Shown here piece by piece: positions 24,986 to 38,534 of a stretch of DNA of 64,000 nt. Origin of the DNA: Harriotta raleighana (taxonomy: Eukaryota); NCBI GenBank assembly GCA_050575255.1, contig JBNZDD010013730.1:5882015-5946014 (forward strand), written 5' to 3'. The notes under the pieces are model-generated. The model was not told where the DNA came from, searched no databases, and saw only the letters and a program-made list of their open reading frames with translations. The translations under genes were made by a program, and so were the position numbers. Within the stretch, counting starts at the first letter, position 1, and the number at the start of each line of letters is the position of its first letter.

Positions 24986-27724
24986 TCTGTTGTGGTGGAA
25001 TGCTGGCTTGGGACAGTTGTTGCTGCCCCTTGTGAGCTTCTGTCTTCCTGGATTTCCTCCTCCACATGCCTATGCCTGGTACACGCCTACTACACGCATA
25101 CTGTCATCACATCATTATACACTCGCAAAGTCCACCTCCTATTCTCAACATATCACCTTTGTTCTCATTAATGGCTGGTCTGCCCTAAGGTTAAATACTC
25201 ACTTCTAATGTGTCTTCTCAGCTGTGAATTTTGGACAAATTCTTTTCTAATGGCTATTAACAAGCCTTAACAAGCTCAGTTTTTTTTACACACCACAGAA
25301 AACAATTGGGCTAGTTTTTGAGGAGTAGGAATTGCAGGAGTAGTGCTGAACAACTCATTCATGCAGTTTCTTTCTATTCTGCCACGGTTTTCGCGTGGTT
25401 ACATTTCTGCTAACATTAGTGAACAGAGCCATTCCAGGGCTTTGTTTTCAAAAGAAATACACCTCATAGCTAGCTTGCAAGTGTTCTTTGATGATTTCTA
25501 CAGAGCTTTCCACTTTCAAGTGCAGGCGTCCGAGACTGTCAAATCAGGTATGTGTTTCCTCAGTGCTATTGTGTCCACTGAGGCGATAAGGCTGCCACAA
25601 CTAATTTGTGATGGCCAACAGACAGTAGTAATTCTTTAATTACCCATCCCAAGGACAAGTTCAAACTTTGGACTTCAGAAGCAAAGGACTGTGTATAAAA
25701 TCAACTAAATTGTAGTTCTTCTGGTGCTTATGCACAAAATGGTGGTCACATTTGACAAGTAGTTGATGAACGATTTGGGAAATTCAAAGTTTAAGCTCTG
25801 AGATGTCTTTTCATACAGTCTCGGTATGGAGTACCGTACAGTATTCTCAAATGAACAGCCTCTGAATGGATAGATGTTTGTGAATTTTTTTATTGATATT
25901 TCCACAGTCTTCCTTTGAACATTCAATACCAGTATTAAATGAATGTTATAAATCTCAACTTGTCTGTAAATACAATAATAGATAACATTGAATAAGAAAT
26001 GTGAGCAAACACCACAGCCCCTATAAAATGAGTTCAAGCAAGTGTCATCCTGAAAACATCTGCTCTGAAATTAGAAAATACACAAATCTGTAAAGGGAAT
26101 ACGTCTGATTTCCTAAAGTAAATGTAAATGTATTACAGCACTTGTTTTGCTACATAACACATTTGTCCACTGGATTACTGAAGAGCAGTAAATAGATATG
26201 TCCAGCTAGATTTTTGATGATCATTAAGCAACATTTTCATTACTTTTTAAAAAATATTTTAGCAATGATAAACCTCTTTGTTTTTATTAATCGGCAAACA
26301 AGAGATACATTGCATTAAAAGCAGATTTTCCTCCCGAGGTAACCTTTTTTTAAAAAAAAGTCAGAATGCGGAAAGTTTATTGCACTCACCCAAACAAGTG
26401 CTCTGTTGTAGGTTGTAGAAACTTAATACTCTGGCGTTTTGTTTTTTTAATCTGGAAAGGGGTTGCTGGGGGAGGGAGAAGCTGGTTTCAGAGATGGGTT
26501 GGAGATTGGAAAGCTCACCCCCAGGGAAATATCTCAAGGCATAGCTAAAGAACATCATCAGCATTCTTCTTAGGAGGGGTGAAAACATGTAAAACTCATT
26601 GGTAAAGTGCAAAGAGAGTTCACATGCTTTCAGAAACCAAATCTGAAGATTACAAACCCAGTGACTGCTGAATTAATTTACCAGTGAAATCTATTGAAAA
26701 GAGCTTTTAGACTCATTGCACTGACTGTTTCGATGAAGATTGCCAGACTCTGCATCCAGTTGGTGAATAATCCTTTGGAAACCTTATTCTATTATAAATT
26801 TTTTGTTTATTTTATTTACTTGTGGACAAAGAATCGATTATCTTTGGTGACTGAGTTAGCATCGAGCTGTAGTGTCTGTGCTCCAGTTATTGGGCAGACG
26901 GCGTGCATTCCATTTGAGATGGTCAAAACAGATGCTTTTCTGTTAATGTTGTTCTTAAACACCATTTACAATTGTTTGCTCTGGGATTGTGCTGTATATG
27001 CATCGCTTGCGAAACACAGCACAAGCTTCAAGACCCCCCTCCACCACACAGCACAAATTTAACACAATGTTCAGTGGCATTTCCATCCAAATTGTACACA
27101 ATGTTTCAGGTCATCTGATGAGGGGAAAACTTAATGAAATATTTTAAATTTATGGCTGTTAACAAATACATGTTCTGGCACACTGTCAGTTCCTAGCAGG
27201 TTTACTTTTGAAAAGAATCCAAAAGATGATGAGCAACAAAGAATCACTTGTCAAAGTTCATTGAAAACTCAAGGAGTAAGGTTTGCATTATATTGTGGTG
27301 ACATGTCACTTCCCAAAGACGTGTAACTGAGTTGCTGAAAATGGCTTGAAAATGTGCTAGTTCCTGAAAAGAAATCAGTCCCTGATGAGGATGGACACTT
27401 GTGAAATTTGGTTACAATATGAAGTTATTAAGGTGACACTAAATTAATTACAGACGAGTGGGTGGACAGACAGGTAAACAAAACGGTAAGACAGCACCAG
27501 ACCACCAATTAAAAATCACAAAGCTCCAGTTATTGTTCAAGGCACTTAGGCATTTTAAATTTAGTGGAATGGAGGCAGCTTTGATTTGACTGAAGTTGAC
27601 AGGACATGTTGAAAGATTGAAGATTAACAAGTTTGGAGCACAAATTGAACAATTGGGAGGTTTCATCAATGTGATAAGTTGCAATATCAAATGCACGGAA
27701 TGCAATTATTACGTCCAGCAACAG

Positions 27725-27957
27725 TGTAGAGTGCTTTCAGCTCCTATGCCCTGAATCTCTTTAACTCCTTGCTCCAATCCCAACATTTTTCACCCTTTGT
27801 GCCTGTCTTCAAATCACACCTGAAGGCTTTCCTCTTCGATTGTGTCTTCAACCACCTCCCCCTGCTTTCCAGCTCAGCATCAAACCATATCTCTGTTAAG
27901 CTCTCTGACATGCTATGTACATCAAGGCCCCTAATTAAATGCAAGTTGCTATTGTTG
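27725..27957 (+). mobile_element. Older L2 3' end
   Basis: gctttcagctcctatgccctgaatctctttaactcc; VFKSHLKAFLFDCVF; tail aaatgcaagttgctattgttg. Confidence 0.8.
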
Positions 27958-29899
27958 TAGAAACCGTCTCGCCAGCCAGCATGAATCACAAATCAGCTTT
28001 CCTCCACTTTGGTTTTCAGGGTTGTAGGCATGTCTATATATCTCCTAAAAGCCAAATCAATCACAAGAAGCCCCACTTGCATCATGTCAAAGGAAGATAG
28101 ATGTTTCAGAAGGTGGAACTCGTTTTATCAATCTCAAAAGGCTGAAAGGCTGCTTAGAAATGGAATTCACATGGAGAACCTTCTGGCTCAAATCCATAGC
28201 TCAACTGCCTGAGAACAATATATTGGTGTAAAGACTATCCATTCATCTGATTACTATAAAATATATCTACAAAGTGCCTTTCAAATGAGGAGGTCATCTC
28301 AAAGCTCGACAATGCTAGATGGGCACCCAATCTGGAAGTAGGAGCTGATCCCTTCAGTTTCTACAGAGTTTAATATTTGCTCATCGGAATACCACATATC
28401 TATCACATCAAACCATTGTACAGCTAGACAATAAGCTGTCCTGTATTAATACTGTTGCCTTAAGAAAGCTGAACACTTGTGCACAAATGCTCAGAATAGT
28501 TTTCAAAACAATGCCACCAGGCTCCTGTTATTAAATCAGATTGTTGTATGGAATGATATATTATTAAAGCATTCCAAAACAAGACTGAAAACAATGGGAC
28601 TTTTACTATAATAGATGACTCCTAATGCTTAAACAGTAATTAAAGAAAACTTTATTGAAAGAAATCTATTAATCATGTGGATCGTTACAAAGTTTTCCCT
28701 TTCACATGGAGGAATAAAAGTTTAAAAAGGAACGATGAGAGTTAAATTAAACAAGATATACAGTATTGACATTTTGAGCTCACAGTTCAATATCACATGC
28801 AGTGAACTTTTACCTGTGGTAAGACTGATATTGATCTGCCTACATCTAAAGCCTTTCTGAGCTTTTGAAAGTCATTTAGTATTTACTTTTACAATCAAAT
28901 ACATATCAGATCCCTGGTTATAATCTGATGCACAGGATTCTTCTTACTGTAAAGTGTATCTAATAACGATAATAGCAATCATCCAGGGATTCACTTCCTA
29001 TAAGCAAGTTAGAACTGAATGTTTGTTTTGAGCCTCAATTTTGTTGCAGACTTTTTCATCCTCCAAAATGGTTTTGATTTTTCAATAATTAGATTTAAAG
29101 TGATGTTTGACTTAAAACAGCTCACAGTACAGTCACACTGCACGTTTGATTCAAGAAACCTGTGAAGGCATAACACTGGCGGGTTTAAAACCAGAGTGAC
29201 TTTATTGTAAACCTGACAGTTTAGATCCACCATGATTTCAGCCCGAAGACTTCCCTAGAACCCTTCCTATTACTTCACAAGGAAAACCGCTGCTCTATTG
29301 GCTGTTCTGGGCTTTACATAGTTGGGGGGAAGATTTATATTATTCAGCCACAAGTACAAACCCAGCAGTGGACGATCCTGTGTCACAACCCATTATACTC
29401 ACACTGTCCTTAATTGTTTACTTAGACGGTCAGTACTCAAGGTTATAATTAAACAGAACATTCTGAGCAGAGGGAAACAGTCAGTTTTGTTCTAACAGCA
29501 TAACATTTAATCTTTTCCCCAAAATATAATGAAAATCACCCTATTAAGATCCACACTGTGGTACAAGGTTATTGCACAAATAATTAGGCCCACTGTTGAT
29601 GTGACGGCACATCTCACTGCTGTGGAATTAGTAGGTGACTTGTTTCACTGAATCACAACTTAGGTCACGCACTATTGTGGCAGAATTGCAGAATATTGCA
29701 ATTGCTATTTTTAAAACTTCTGCTTGTTATCAAAATAAAAGCAGAAGGGGTAAAAATACAACAACACTCATTTAATGAAACAAGTTTTGTTTCGGTAAAA
29801 AGCATATGCTAATTTATTGAGCAAAATTCATAGAATCCTGAGAGACTCGTTTTCAAAAGGCTGGACTATTGCATCATTGATATTGCTGCAGTGACACAA

Positions 29900-29948
29900 A
29901 ACAACTTGCATTTTTATAGCACCTTCCCCACAGTTCTCGGAGCGCTTG
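29900..29948 (-). mobile_element. L2-type 3' tail remnant
   Basis: acaacttgcatttttatagcaccttcc...ggagcgctt. Confidence 0.55.
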
Positions 29949-31658
29949 ACCTCTGCTGAAGGACCATTTATTCTTATCTAACGTTATCAGACAATCTGCT
30001 TCCGATAACAAAATGGCAATGTTTGTTGTTAATGTTTCTTTATGAAATTAACCACAAACCTGTCTGCGTTCAGATGTTGCCATAACAATTTTCTAGCCTG
30101 TGATAACCTTCCGCGGTTGAATACTCCGCTGACATTCACTGCCTCGGTTCAGACAGGAAGGACAGCTACTTGGACACAGTATTGCAGTATTGCATCCATA
30201 GAACTGCATGCCACAGTGAACTGCTGCCTTTAAGATATGTGGAGAATCTCACTCCACTATTATTACACCTAAGGAAATGACCAAACTAATGCATTCACAA
30301 TATATCATTGCAACAAATAGTTAAATAACACAACATGAGGCAGTGAAATTCTATGGAGCAGTATTTTACCAGCCAGTGAAGCAATGCATAATCCATGTAT
30401 ATGAAGACCCAACAACGCAAAGCAATTCATATTTCAGAACCCACTATTCAGGGGTCTTTTTACTTTCAGTTTATAGCATATTTTCTATATGATGGAGCAA
30501 TTTTTGTTCTCGTTGAACAAATAACCCATGGAGCTCCATTCAAGCTCCTTTTATCCACATAGGAGGCTTGAACTCTGCTAAAGGACCATTCATTCTTATC
30601 TAATGTTAGGAGACAATTTGCTTGTGCTAACAATCTTCACAATTGTGCTTTGAAGAGCAACTCCATGATTCCGTCACATCTCTGCTCCCAAGGTACGGAT
30701 CGTTGCAAATGCTGTTCTAACTTACCTGTCATGCCTGTGTGATGAGTTTGATCTGTTCTCACCCAGACTTCACGGCAAAATCAAAAATTGACAGCGACAA
30801 CTGACCAGGGATAGGACTGGCTCAGTCAGCCCTGTGGCTTGGTATGAGCAGGCAGGCATGTCTTCAATGCGAGTTCAATGCACTGCCATTGTCACTGAAG
30901 CTGGGAAGGAATCTTGAAATAGCACACAATGCATTCTATGTACTGTATTACCCATTGAAGTGAGCATTGATTTCCCGGGCATAGCAAATAGTAACTTTAA
31001 AAGGGTAAAAGTATATCAAATCCTACTTTTTGTAGCATAAATAAAATAACACTGAGCAGCATTTTTCATAAATTCTATTCTGAGCTCAGTGCCACTTCAG
31101 GTTATGTATTTAGGTTACAACGAGCTAATGCAATATGCCTCTGCCAAATAAGGACAATTAGGCATTCTAAGTACAAGGTAAACACATCACTTCAAAGCTA
31201 TGCTGCTAACAATAGTCCAGGGCATTTACTAGTTTTATTTCAAGTAGAATAAAATATTGCATAACAAAATAATTTTAGTTTAATAAACAACAATTGATCA
31301 CAACCACTTCACATCAATCTACATTTCTCTTTCAGATAAAATCCCCTAATAATTATTTATTAGCGCTAAAGGATTGTTTTTCTTCAATCTGCACAGTCAA
31401 AAAGTAGATTTTGCACACATGTCAAATATTGCACGACACCCTTTGGAAAGAGAAATACGTTTCTCCTTGTGTCCTGGTCCGACAATACTTCAGATACAAT
31501 GATGACTAACTTCATAGTTGTTTGTGGGGTAGAATAATAGACAGAGATTACACTTTGTAGCAATTATGTGTGAGATTTTCATATTACTGTATATGCTCCA
31601 CCATTGTAATGATTTATTATGACAGACATGTTATTATTTGATCTATGATTTGATTTGT

Positions 31659-31955
31659 GGAGTCCTATAGCTCAGTGGTTAGAGCACTCGCCTTGCAAGC
31701 AAGAGACCTGGGTTCAATTCATGGCAGGGCAAAACCTTGGGGGAAGTTTTCTTCCTCTACATACCTAATAATAATACCTACAAAAAAAAAAAAAATTGTC
31801 ATTTCAATCGATGACTATTTGTGGGACAATCCTGTGCATAATTGACCCACAAATATACAATCAATTCACTTTACAGTATATTCTGTGAAGTGCTTTCGGA
31901 CATCTAGAAGATGCAAAAAGCGCTGTATCAAAATGCAAGGATTATTATTATTATT
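31659..31955 (+). mobile_element. Full-length tRNA-derived SINE with L2-like tail
   Basis: A box tagctcagtgg, B box ggttcaattc, anticodon arm ctcgc-cttgcaa-gcaag, body, tail and (ATT)n. Confidence 0.93.
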
Positions 31956-32439
31956 GTTTATTAAGAAAGGCTTTACAACACATTGCATGTCCTACTCTGA
32001 GGTAACCAAATGAAGGTCTAAAATTTATATCGAACCTTATAACTTCCGTATCTCTATTTGAAATCTGAAATGTTCCTTTGTACAAATGGTATTTCCACTC
32101 TTTTTATCAGCATTGGAACCATCATATTCGATGGGATATTCTGTCAATTTCGGCCATCATTATCTCCAACAGGAAATTAATCTATGTCCTGTATGTCTCC
32201 ACAACAAAAATCTTGCCACATTCTGAAAGCAGACTTTAGCACGGAACCAGCTGGTGTTTTTTCTATTAATAACAAGCACACTTAGCCTCTTTTCTTCCAG
32301 CTCCCTCCTCCCATGAACAATACTTTCCCCAAAACAAAACCACTATATTTGCCATTACCCTACTTACTTTCCTGATACTGCCTGCAATATGTGACTGCCA
32401 TTGAGTGCTGTCCATAAAACAGTTTGGTCCCAGTTGGAG

Positions 32440-32692
32440 CTGGATGTTAAAGATCACATGCCACTACAATACTGTACTTCAAAGAAGAGATGAAAGTCAG
32501 TATCCTGGTCAATATTCCTCACACATCAAATTCACTAAAAGCAGATGCAATCTAATCATCCATCTCAATGTTGTTTGTGGAGCTACATTGGTTCAGAATA
32601 GCTGCTGCAATATTCTATTTAACACTAGTCACAGACAATAGATCAACTCATTGTGTTAAGTGCTTAGCAAAATTCCAAGCTGATAAAGCGTT
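32440..32692 (+). mobile_element. Old Deu-domain SINE relic (SacSINE1/AmnSINE1-like)
   Basis: aaagatcacatgccact...aagaagag...tcctggtcaatatt...cactaaaagcagat...tgttgtttgtggagct...gctgctgc resembles the recalled Deu-domain consensus. Confidence 0.65.
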
Positions 32693-33844
32693 GGAATCAA
32701 ATTATCATTTTAAACTTTAGTGGAACGCACATTTGCAAAGAAATTCCACAGGCAAACAAGGTCTCAAAGTGATGATGGGATGTTGTCCTTCAATTGATTA
32801 TAAAACTTCAACTCACGAGTAGTCTTGGGGTGCCATGCATTCAGAAAGATTTATTTCATTCAATAGTGATAATGCACTATTGATGCACTAGAGCAATATT
32901 CTTGCTCTGCGTGTTGGGCTGATGTTTTCAGAAAGGGAGCGTGACATAGGCATAAAGTTGTAAATCAGTGCACTGACATTTCATTTTCTTTTTCCAATTT
33001 ATAGTTTCTTTGTAGTTTTATTTCAGTTATTTTTCTCTTTCTTAGGAATCCCCAGACACACAGCCTTACCCAACCTTTGCTAATCTTGTTCTTGAGCTTT
33101 CTCCTCAGAGCTGGTGGAGGGTGACATGGATGGACTCCCCCTCCAATGTTCTCCCCCCACCTCGCTTTCTCACTACCTCCCTCTGATGACTCGACCCACA
33201 GGAGATATTCGGAAGAGCTCACCATCTAACCAGCATAATATTACCACCACGATGCTGTGAGATTTAACCTAGACTTTTACAATCTGAATTGATTTACACA
33301 TCAGACAATGCACATAATATTATCAGCTACAAACAGTGTTCCTTAAATTGTCCAAGCCTTGAATAGAAACCCATTTGAAATGTGGAAGCTGAACGTAATT
33401 GTCTTAATGTACTCAGCACAGACATTTTAATAATGATTTGCAATGATACTGTGGTACATATCAATTAACATGCATGTAAGGCATTGTCTACACTTTGTTT
33501 GCTTATGGTGGTATTGGGGAAGTAAAACAACCGTACAGCAGTTTGTCTCATTTAAGGATGCATTTCCTAATTTGATCAATAATTAAATGTGACAATAAGA
33601 TGAATTAAGCTCACTTAAAAAAAAAGAAAACATTTCAGCCCTAGCAATTTTGCCTTTCCGTGAGGTAAATCTAGAACCCCAGAGTACAAGCTTGGAGGTG
33701 ACGTTTGCTATTGCTTTTAAGTAAACTGTCAATCACATTCTGGGTTACATCTGCATCATTTCATTACAGTGCTCTTGTAAATAATTCTCACTGATGTACC
33801 TTAAGAATATAAATGTTTTCCCTCCTGAAAAACAGAGAAATCTA

Positions 33845-33948
33845 AACATTGATGGGGAAACGGTAGGAGAATGGGTAAAGAGGGTTGGCACAGACACCAT
33901 GGGCCGAGTTGGCTCCTTCTGACCTGAAAGTTTCTATGGATCTATGGT
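33845..33948 (+). mobile_element. CR1 3' end fragment
   Basis: gatggggaaacggtaggagaatggg...gcacagacaccatgggccgagttggctccttct...ttctatggatctatgg, typical of a CR1 3'UTR. Confidence 0.7.
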
Positions 33949-33949
33949 T

Positions 33950-34043
33950 ACACCTACAAAATATATAGTCCCTTCACTTTACAGTAAATCCTGTGAAGCA
34001 GTTTTGAATCAGTCTTGCGATGTGAATGGCATTATGTGAAATC
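33950..34043 (+). mobile_element. SINE 3' fragment
   Basis: cacctacaaaatatatagtc..ttcactttacagtaaatcctgtgaagc matches the family tail. Confidence 0.65.
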
Positions 34044-34049
34044 TATGAT

Positions 34050-34878
34050 CTATGGCAGATGAAGTATAATGTAGGGAAGTGTGAAGTCATCCACCTAGGT
34101 GGTAAAAACAATAGTGCAGATTATTTTTTAGAAGGGGAGAGACTAGATAGTGTTAGCATTCAGAGGGACTTGGGTGTCCTTGTACACCAGTCTCAAAAAG
34201 TTAGTTTGCAGGTACAGCAAGCAATTAGGAAGGCTAACGGTATGTTGGCGTTCGTTACAAAAGGATTAGAATATAAGAATAGGGGAGTCTTACTGCAACT
34301 GTGTAGGGCTCTGGTGAGATCGAACCTAGTATATTGTGTGCAGTTTTGGTCGCCTTATTTAAGAAAGGATGTACTCACCTTGGAGTGGGTACAACGTAGA
34401 TTCACTAGGTTGATACCTGGTCAATGAGAGAGATGAGTTATGAGGATAGGTTGAACAATCTAGGCCTATATTCTCTAGAATATAGAAGAATCAGAGGTGA
34501 TTTTTTAGAAACCTTTAAGATTATTAAGGGGCACTATAGAGTAGATAGTGGGAGACCGTTTCCCCTGGTTGGAGAAACTATAACCAGTCTTAAAATTAGA
34601 GGTCAGCCCTTTTGCACTGAGTTGAGAAAATATTCTTCACACAGAGGGTAGTGAATTTATGGAATTCTCTACCTCAAAGGGCTGTAGATGCTCAGCCCTT
34701 CAACATATTCAAGACTGAAATTGATAGATTTCTTGTGGATAAAGGGATTAAGGGATATGGGAATAAGGCGGGTAGGTGGAGTTAGAATAGATCAGCCCAT
34801 GATCTTATTGAATAGCGGGGCAGGCTCAAGGGGCCGAATGGCCTACTCCTGCTCCTAATTCTTAGTGTTCTTCTTATG
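34050..34878 (+). mobile_element. 5'-truncated CR1 LINE (ORF2 C-terminus plus 3'UTR), frameshifted
   Basis: WQMKYNVGKCEVIHLG...RDLGVLV...KANGMLAF...YCVQFWSPYLRKD..LEWVQRRFTRLIPG / MSYEDRLNNLGLYSLEYRRIRGD; 3'UTR gggccgaatggcctactcctgctcctaattct. Confidence 0.96.
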
Positions 34879-37847
34879 ATTATTATATTATGTTGTCTGA
34901 GGCTAATCTCCTGCAGGAATGCTTGGATGCTGATCTCAATGAATCTGGATTTGCCCAAAGCAAGCTTCTGCTGTCCAACAGCAGATCTGTATCAATTGGT
35001 GTTCGAGTGCATTTCTGGAGGGTCAACCTCAGACACATGTGTGTACTTGCTGGATTCATTATTTACAAATCAGTTCTGAGAATCTCGCAAATCAGAGTTC
35101 ACTCTTACTGACGTTGCTATTCTGCCGGCCATAACATGTCAGAACACAGATATTAAAATATATTTATTTCAATCGGCTGCAAATAGAACAACTTTGCACT
35201 GCTCCTCAAAGGTTCACGGCTTTGATAGTGACCTAGCTGAGCAGTCTGTATCTGTGTCGACCTCTCTCATTCAAAATTATTTATCTGTATTTAGCAGAAT
35301 TCTTGCTCCTTACATAATTACTGGAAAATGCGACTTTTTGCATTACATTGGCTACCACAAGAGCCCAGTGTAATTGAAGAAATATTTAAAATGAACCAAT
35401 TACTTTTACTGTATTAAATCAAGCTAATTGAGTGCTGTTTCTTGGCATCGTACGATATAAAACTCTACTTTATTAAAATATTTAACAAATGTTATTGCAA
35501 ACCTCACATCTATTAAAAAAAGTATTACTTTCAAAATTATTTACTCTAAACTCTTCATTCATTTAAGAGTTAACAGCTTGATTAATCATCACGTAGAAAG
35601 CAGAGCATGATCATCTATTTCATTAGTGACTAAAATACCTATCTTAATTGTAATCGGAGAGGATTTAATAGTCTCTTTATTGCAGGCCAAAGCTTCTGCA
35701 GATGATAATTCTCCACATTTCTCAGCACACTGGCTTATCACTGTTAAAGAGCATTCAGTCTTTTGTAATAAAGAAGGGATCACAGATCCTCATTGCTGAA
35801 AGACATATGGTGAGCTGGATTTAAAATGGAAACTGGGAAATCATTTTGCCTATAAAGCTTTTCTTTCACGTATGCTGTCAATGTAAAAAGGATTAATAAT
35901 AGACATTTTTTAGTTGAACTGTTGAAGACTCACTGTGCTACATCTGAAGTGAAATTCTACATACCTAACAGTGTAAGAACTCATTTGGATTCTAGCCTGA
36001 CAAAGTAACACTCATTTCACTTTTTTTTGTGTACTTTGAATAGCTAATTGTTTTAAAAGTGACCGCTATTATCACACATTCTCAGCAGAACCACAAGTTT
36101 ATTTATTGTAACATTTAACTGAACCAAATTTTGATTTTTAAAATACATTTTGTTGTAAGAAAGCCATCGGTTTGTTTCTTCTACCTTCTTCTATACTAAT
36201 AAAATATCAATGACTGTCTGTGCTTCGAGAAGGATCTCAACAACTGATTGATGTAACATGATTTATACTTCATTGGAAAGGTCTTGCCTCTGGGAGTGAC
36301 ATGGGCATATTTGGTTTCAGGTATCTTCTATCGTTCATGAGTTATTTTCTGTTTTGTGTATTTTACTGCAGTTATACCTGGTGGCTGCCGAGTCAAAGTG
36401 GCGCTGTGGCATCCTACATGGCAGAGCACGCAGTCAAGTGACAGGAACAAAATAAAGAACGTAGATGAGGCTAAGTCACAGCAAGAACAAAATTAGATTT
36501 TTAAACTGCCGAGTCCTCCCAATGAATCCTTCCTAAAGGAGTCCTCCCACAGAAGTCCTTCCAGATGAGTATAGATAAAGATGAAGTGTCTGTCTGTGTA
36601 TCAATCTACATTCTATATTGGATACTTTGATTGCAAGCTTCATTGCAATGGGTACGGCTAATTATTGATGATCAAAAATGTTTGGACAAAATCTAACTGT
36701 GGACAGATTCTTTTTAAAAAAAGGCTATTTTGTACAATCAAATCGTGAAGGGAATGAGACCTTAAAGGGTTAATATAAATGGCTGTAGCTTGTAAAACAA
36801 AGAAAAGAATTGCAAACACTGCTGTGAGTTTTAAGTCAGGATTGATTGAAGAGAATAGTTTAAGTGAGCCTCTTTGGCCAAACCTCTTACTGTCAAACAA
36901 AATTCTCTTCCAGAACATCTATCATTCTGCAAATCCGCTTAGACAAGAGTGCTGCAGGACACCTGAAGACAGTGTCAATCATAGCATGAAAACAGCAATT
37001 TACTTTTCTGTTGCCCACATAATGTAGCTTATGAAACAAAAACTCAGCAGGACAACACAGGAATGAAAAGAATACTTTGCAAAGTTTTTTTTTAGCCCCA
37101 TAAACCTCACCGAAGTCTTGTCTAAATGATCGCTGCAACTCATGAATCATATGCTAATGCTGGGTATTGTACGCCTCACACATACATTGTTTTACAACAT
37201 CCAGAACTTATCTTAAAGTTCCTTTTGTATTTAAATACTTTGACTCCTGCCGTCGGAAAGAGTTTCACAGTTATTCTCGAAGCCATGAAATACAATTTGG
37301 AGAATTTTAAACAAATTAACAGTATGTGTAGAAATCTTTAAATTTCAACACTCTTTAAAATTGTGCCTTTTCGTAAATGTTCAACAATTACTCCAGAAGG
37401 TGTGTTTGCTGGGTAATCCAATTAGATGCTGATGGAGGATGACATTTTACATACGAGTTGCAGAGAATTTGCTGAAAACCACAATACTTTCAGGTGAATT
37501 TGTACACGATTAGCTTTATTTATTGAACTATTCAAAGGATCGTATCAATATGCAAATAATTATGCAGGTATCACTCGATAATCAGTGATACTTTGAAAAT
37601 AATTCAAATGCAAGCCTTGAAACATCCTGTTATTGACCCAGAAATAGTCAGAATAACATTGGTTGGTCCGTGTGCTTTAGGTTATATTAAAGATCTCTTT
37701 TCTATTACCTGAAGGGCAGCTGATTCAAAACAAAATGATGAGAATTTGTTCAAGGATAACCTAACTGTATTATCTAATTTTTCTCTAATAAGTAACCAGC
37801 AGATTAATTTTTCCTGAAGTTATTTTGAACTGTTAATAAGAAAAGGC

Positions 37848-37985
37848 CACATTTGATAGAGTGCCTATAATTTTGAAATCTCTCAAATTCTTCACAGCTA
37901 ATTGCTGTCAAGGGTAGTGACTGTGTATTCAGAGGCAAACACACTGGGGAAATTTGTGGACAGCAAATTCCCTTGAATAGTCGTA
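37848..37985 (-). mobile_element. Old Deu-type SINE 3' part
   Basis: catttgatagagtgcct...tctcaaattcttcacagctaat...gtagtgactgtg...aatttgtggacagcaaattccc is the reverse of a Deu body plus L2 tail. Confidence 0.55.
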
Positions 37986-38290
37986 AAGTGTTATGGAATG
38001 GTAGGACAGGATGTGTGTTCTTTGATGTGGTTCTCCTTGCAGTGAATTTCTGATTACAGCCAGTCCATCCGTGGATAAACTGAGCGGTTGTTAAGCAGTT
38101 CCCCTTGAAGAAGGCGTGAATTAACTTGTTCTTATACTATGCTCCTCTGCATGCTTGATCCAGATGTTTAAAAAAGCTTGTCTGGAGAGCATAATTAGAG
38201 GTCTAGGAACAGAGCTTACATGACTGCTGAGGAATATTATATGTTATGCTGAGACCCAAGGATGGATCCCAACTTACAATATGATGGAAA

Positions 38291-38308
38291 GAGAGAGAGA
38301 GAGAGAGA
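38291..38308. repeat. (GA)n microsatellite
   Basis: gagagagagagagagaga. Confidence 0.9.
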
Positions 38309-38487
38309 AAGATATTAGCTAGGTGCTGGCAGAGGAGGTCAAATTGAAGTCACCTGTTCAGAACCAAGCCAAAAATTCTCATGTTAAAAGATGTATCTGT
38401 CCCCAGTGATAGGAATGAACAATAACACATCTGCTTCCCCTTGGTAAGACTGGTGGTCTTGACCCCCTGACTCTTTGGTGTCAGTTT

Positions 38488-38534
38488 CTGTACTATGATG
38501 AGCTTTCCCCTGTACTATGTTGAGCTTTCTCCTG
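38488..38534. repeat. 22 bp tandem duplication
   Basis: ctgtactatgatgagctttccc followed by ctgtactatgttgagctttctc. Confidence 0.85.

Noticed and set aside
25504-25547. Possible 44-nt plus-strand exon (tttctacag ... CAG|GTATGT)
   Set aside because: Open in all frames but no recognisable protein and no partner exons; such site pairs occur by chance in 64 kb.
31659-31730. tRNA gene (Ala/Val-like) here and in other copies
   Set aside because: These are SINE heads: they run into the SINE body and tail and lack a proper acceptor stem.
36371-36500. Strong splice acceptor followed by GC-richer sequence
   Set aside because: All frames stop within ~45 codons, with no recognisable product and no clear donor.
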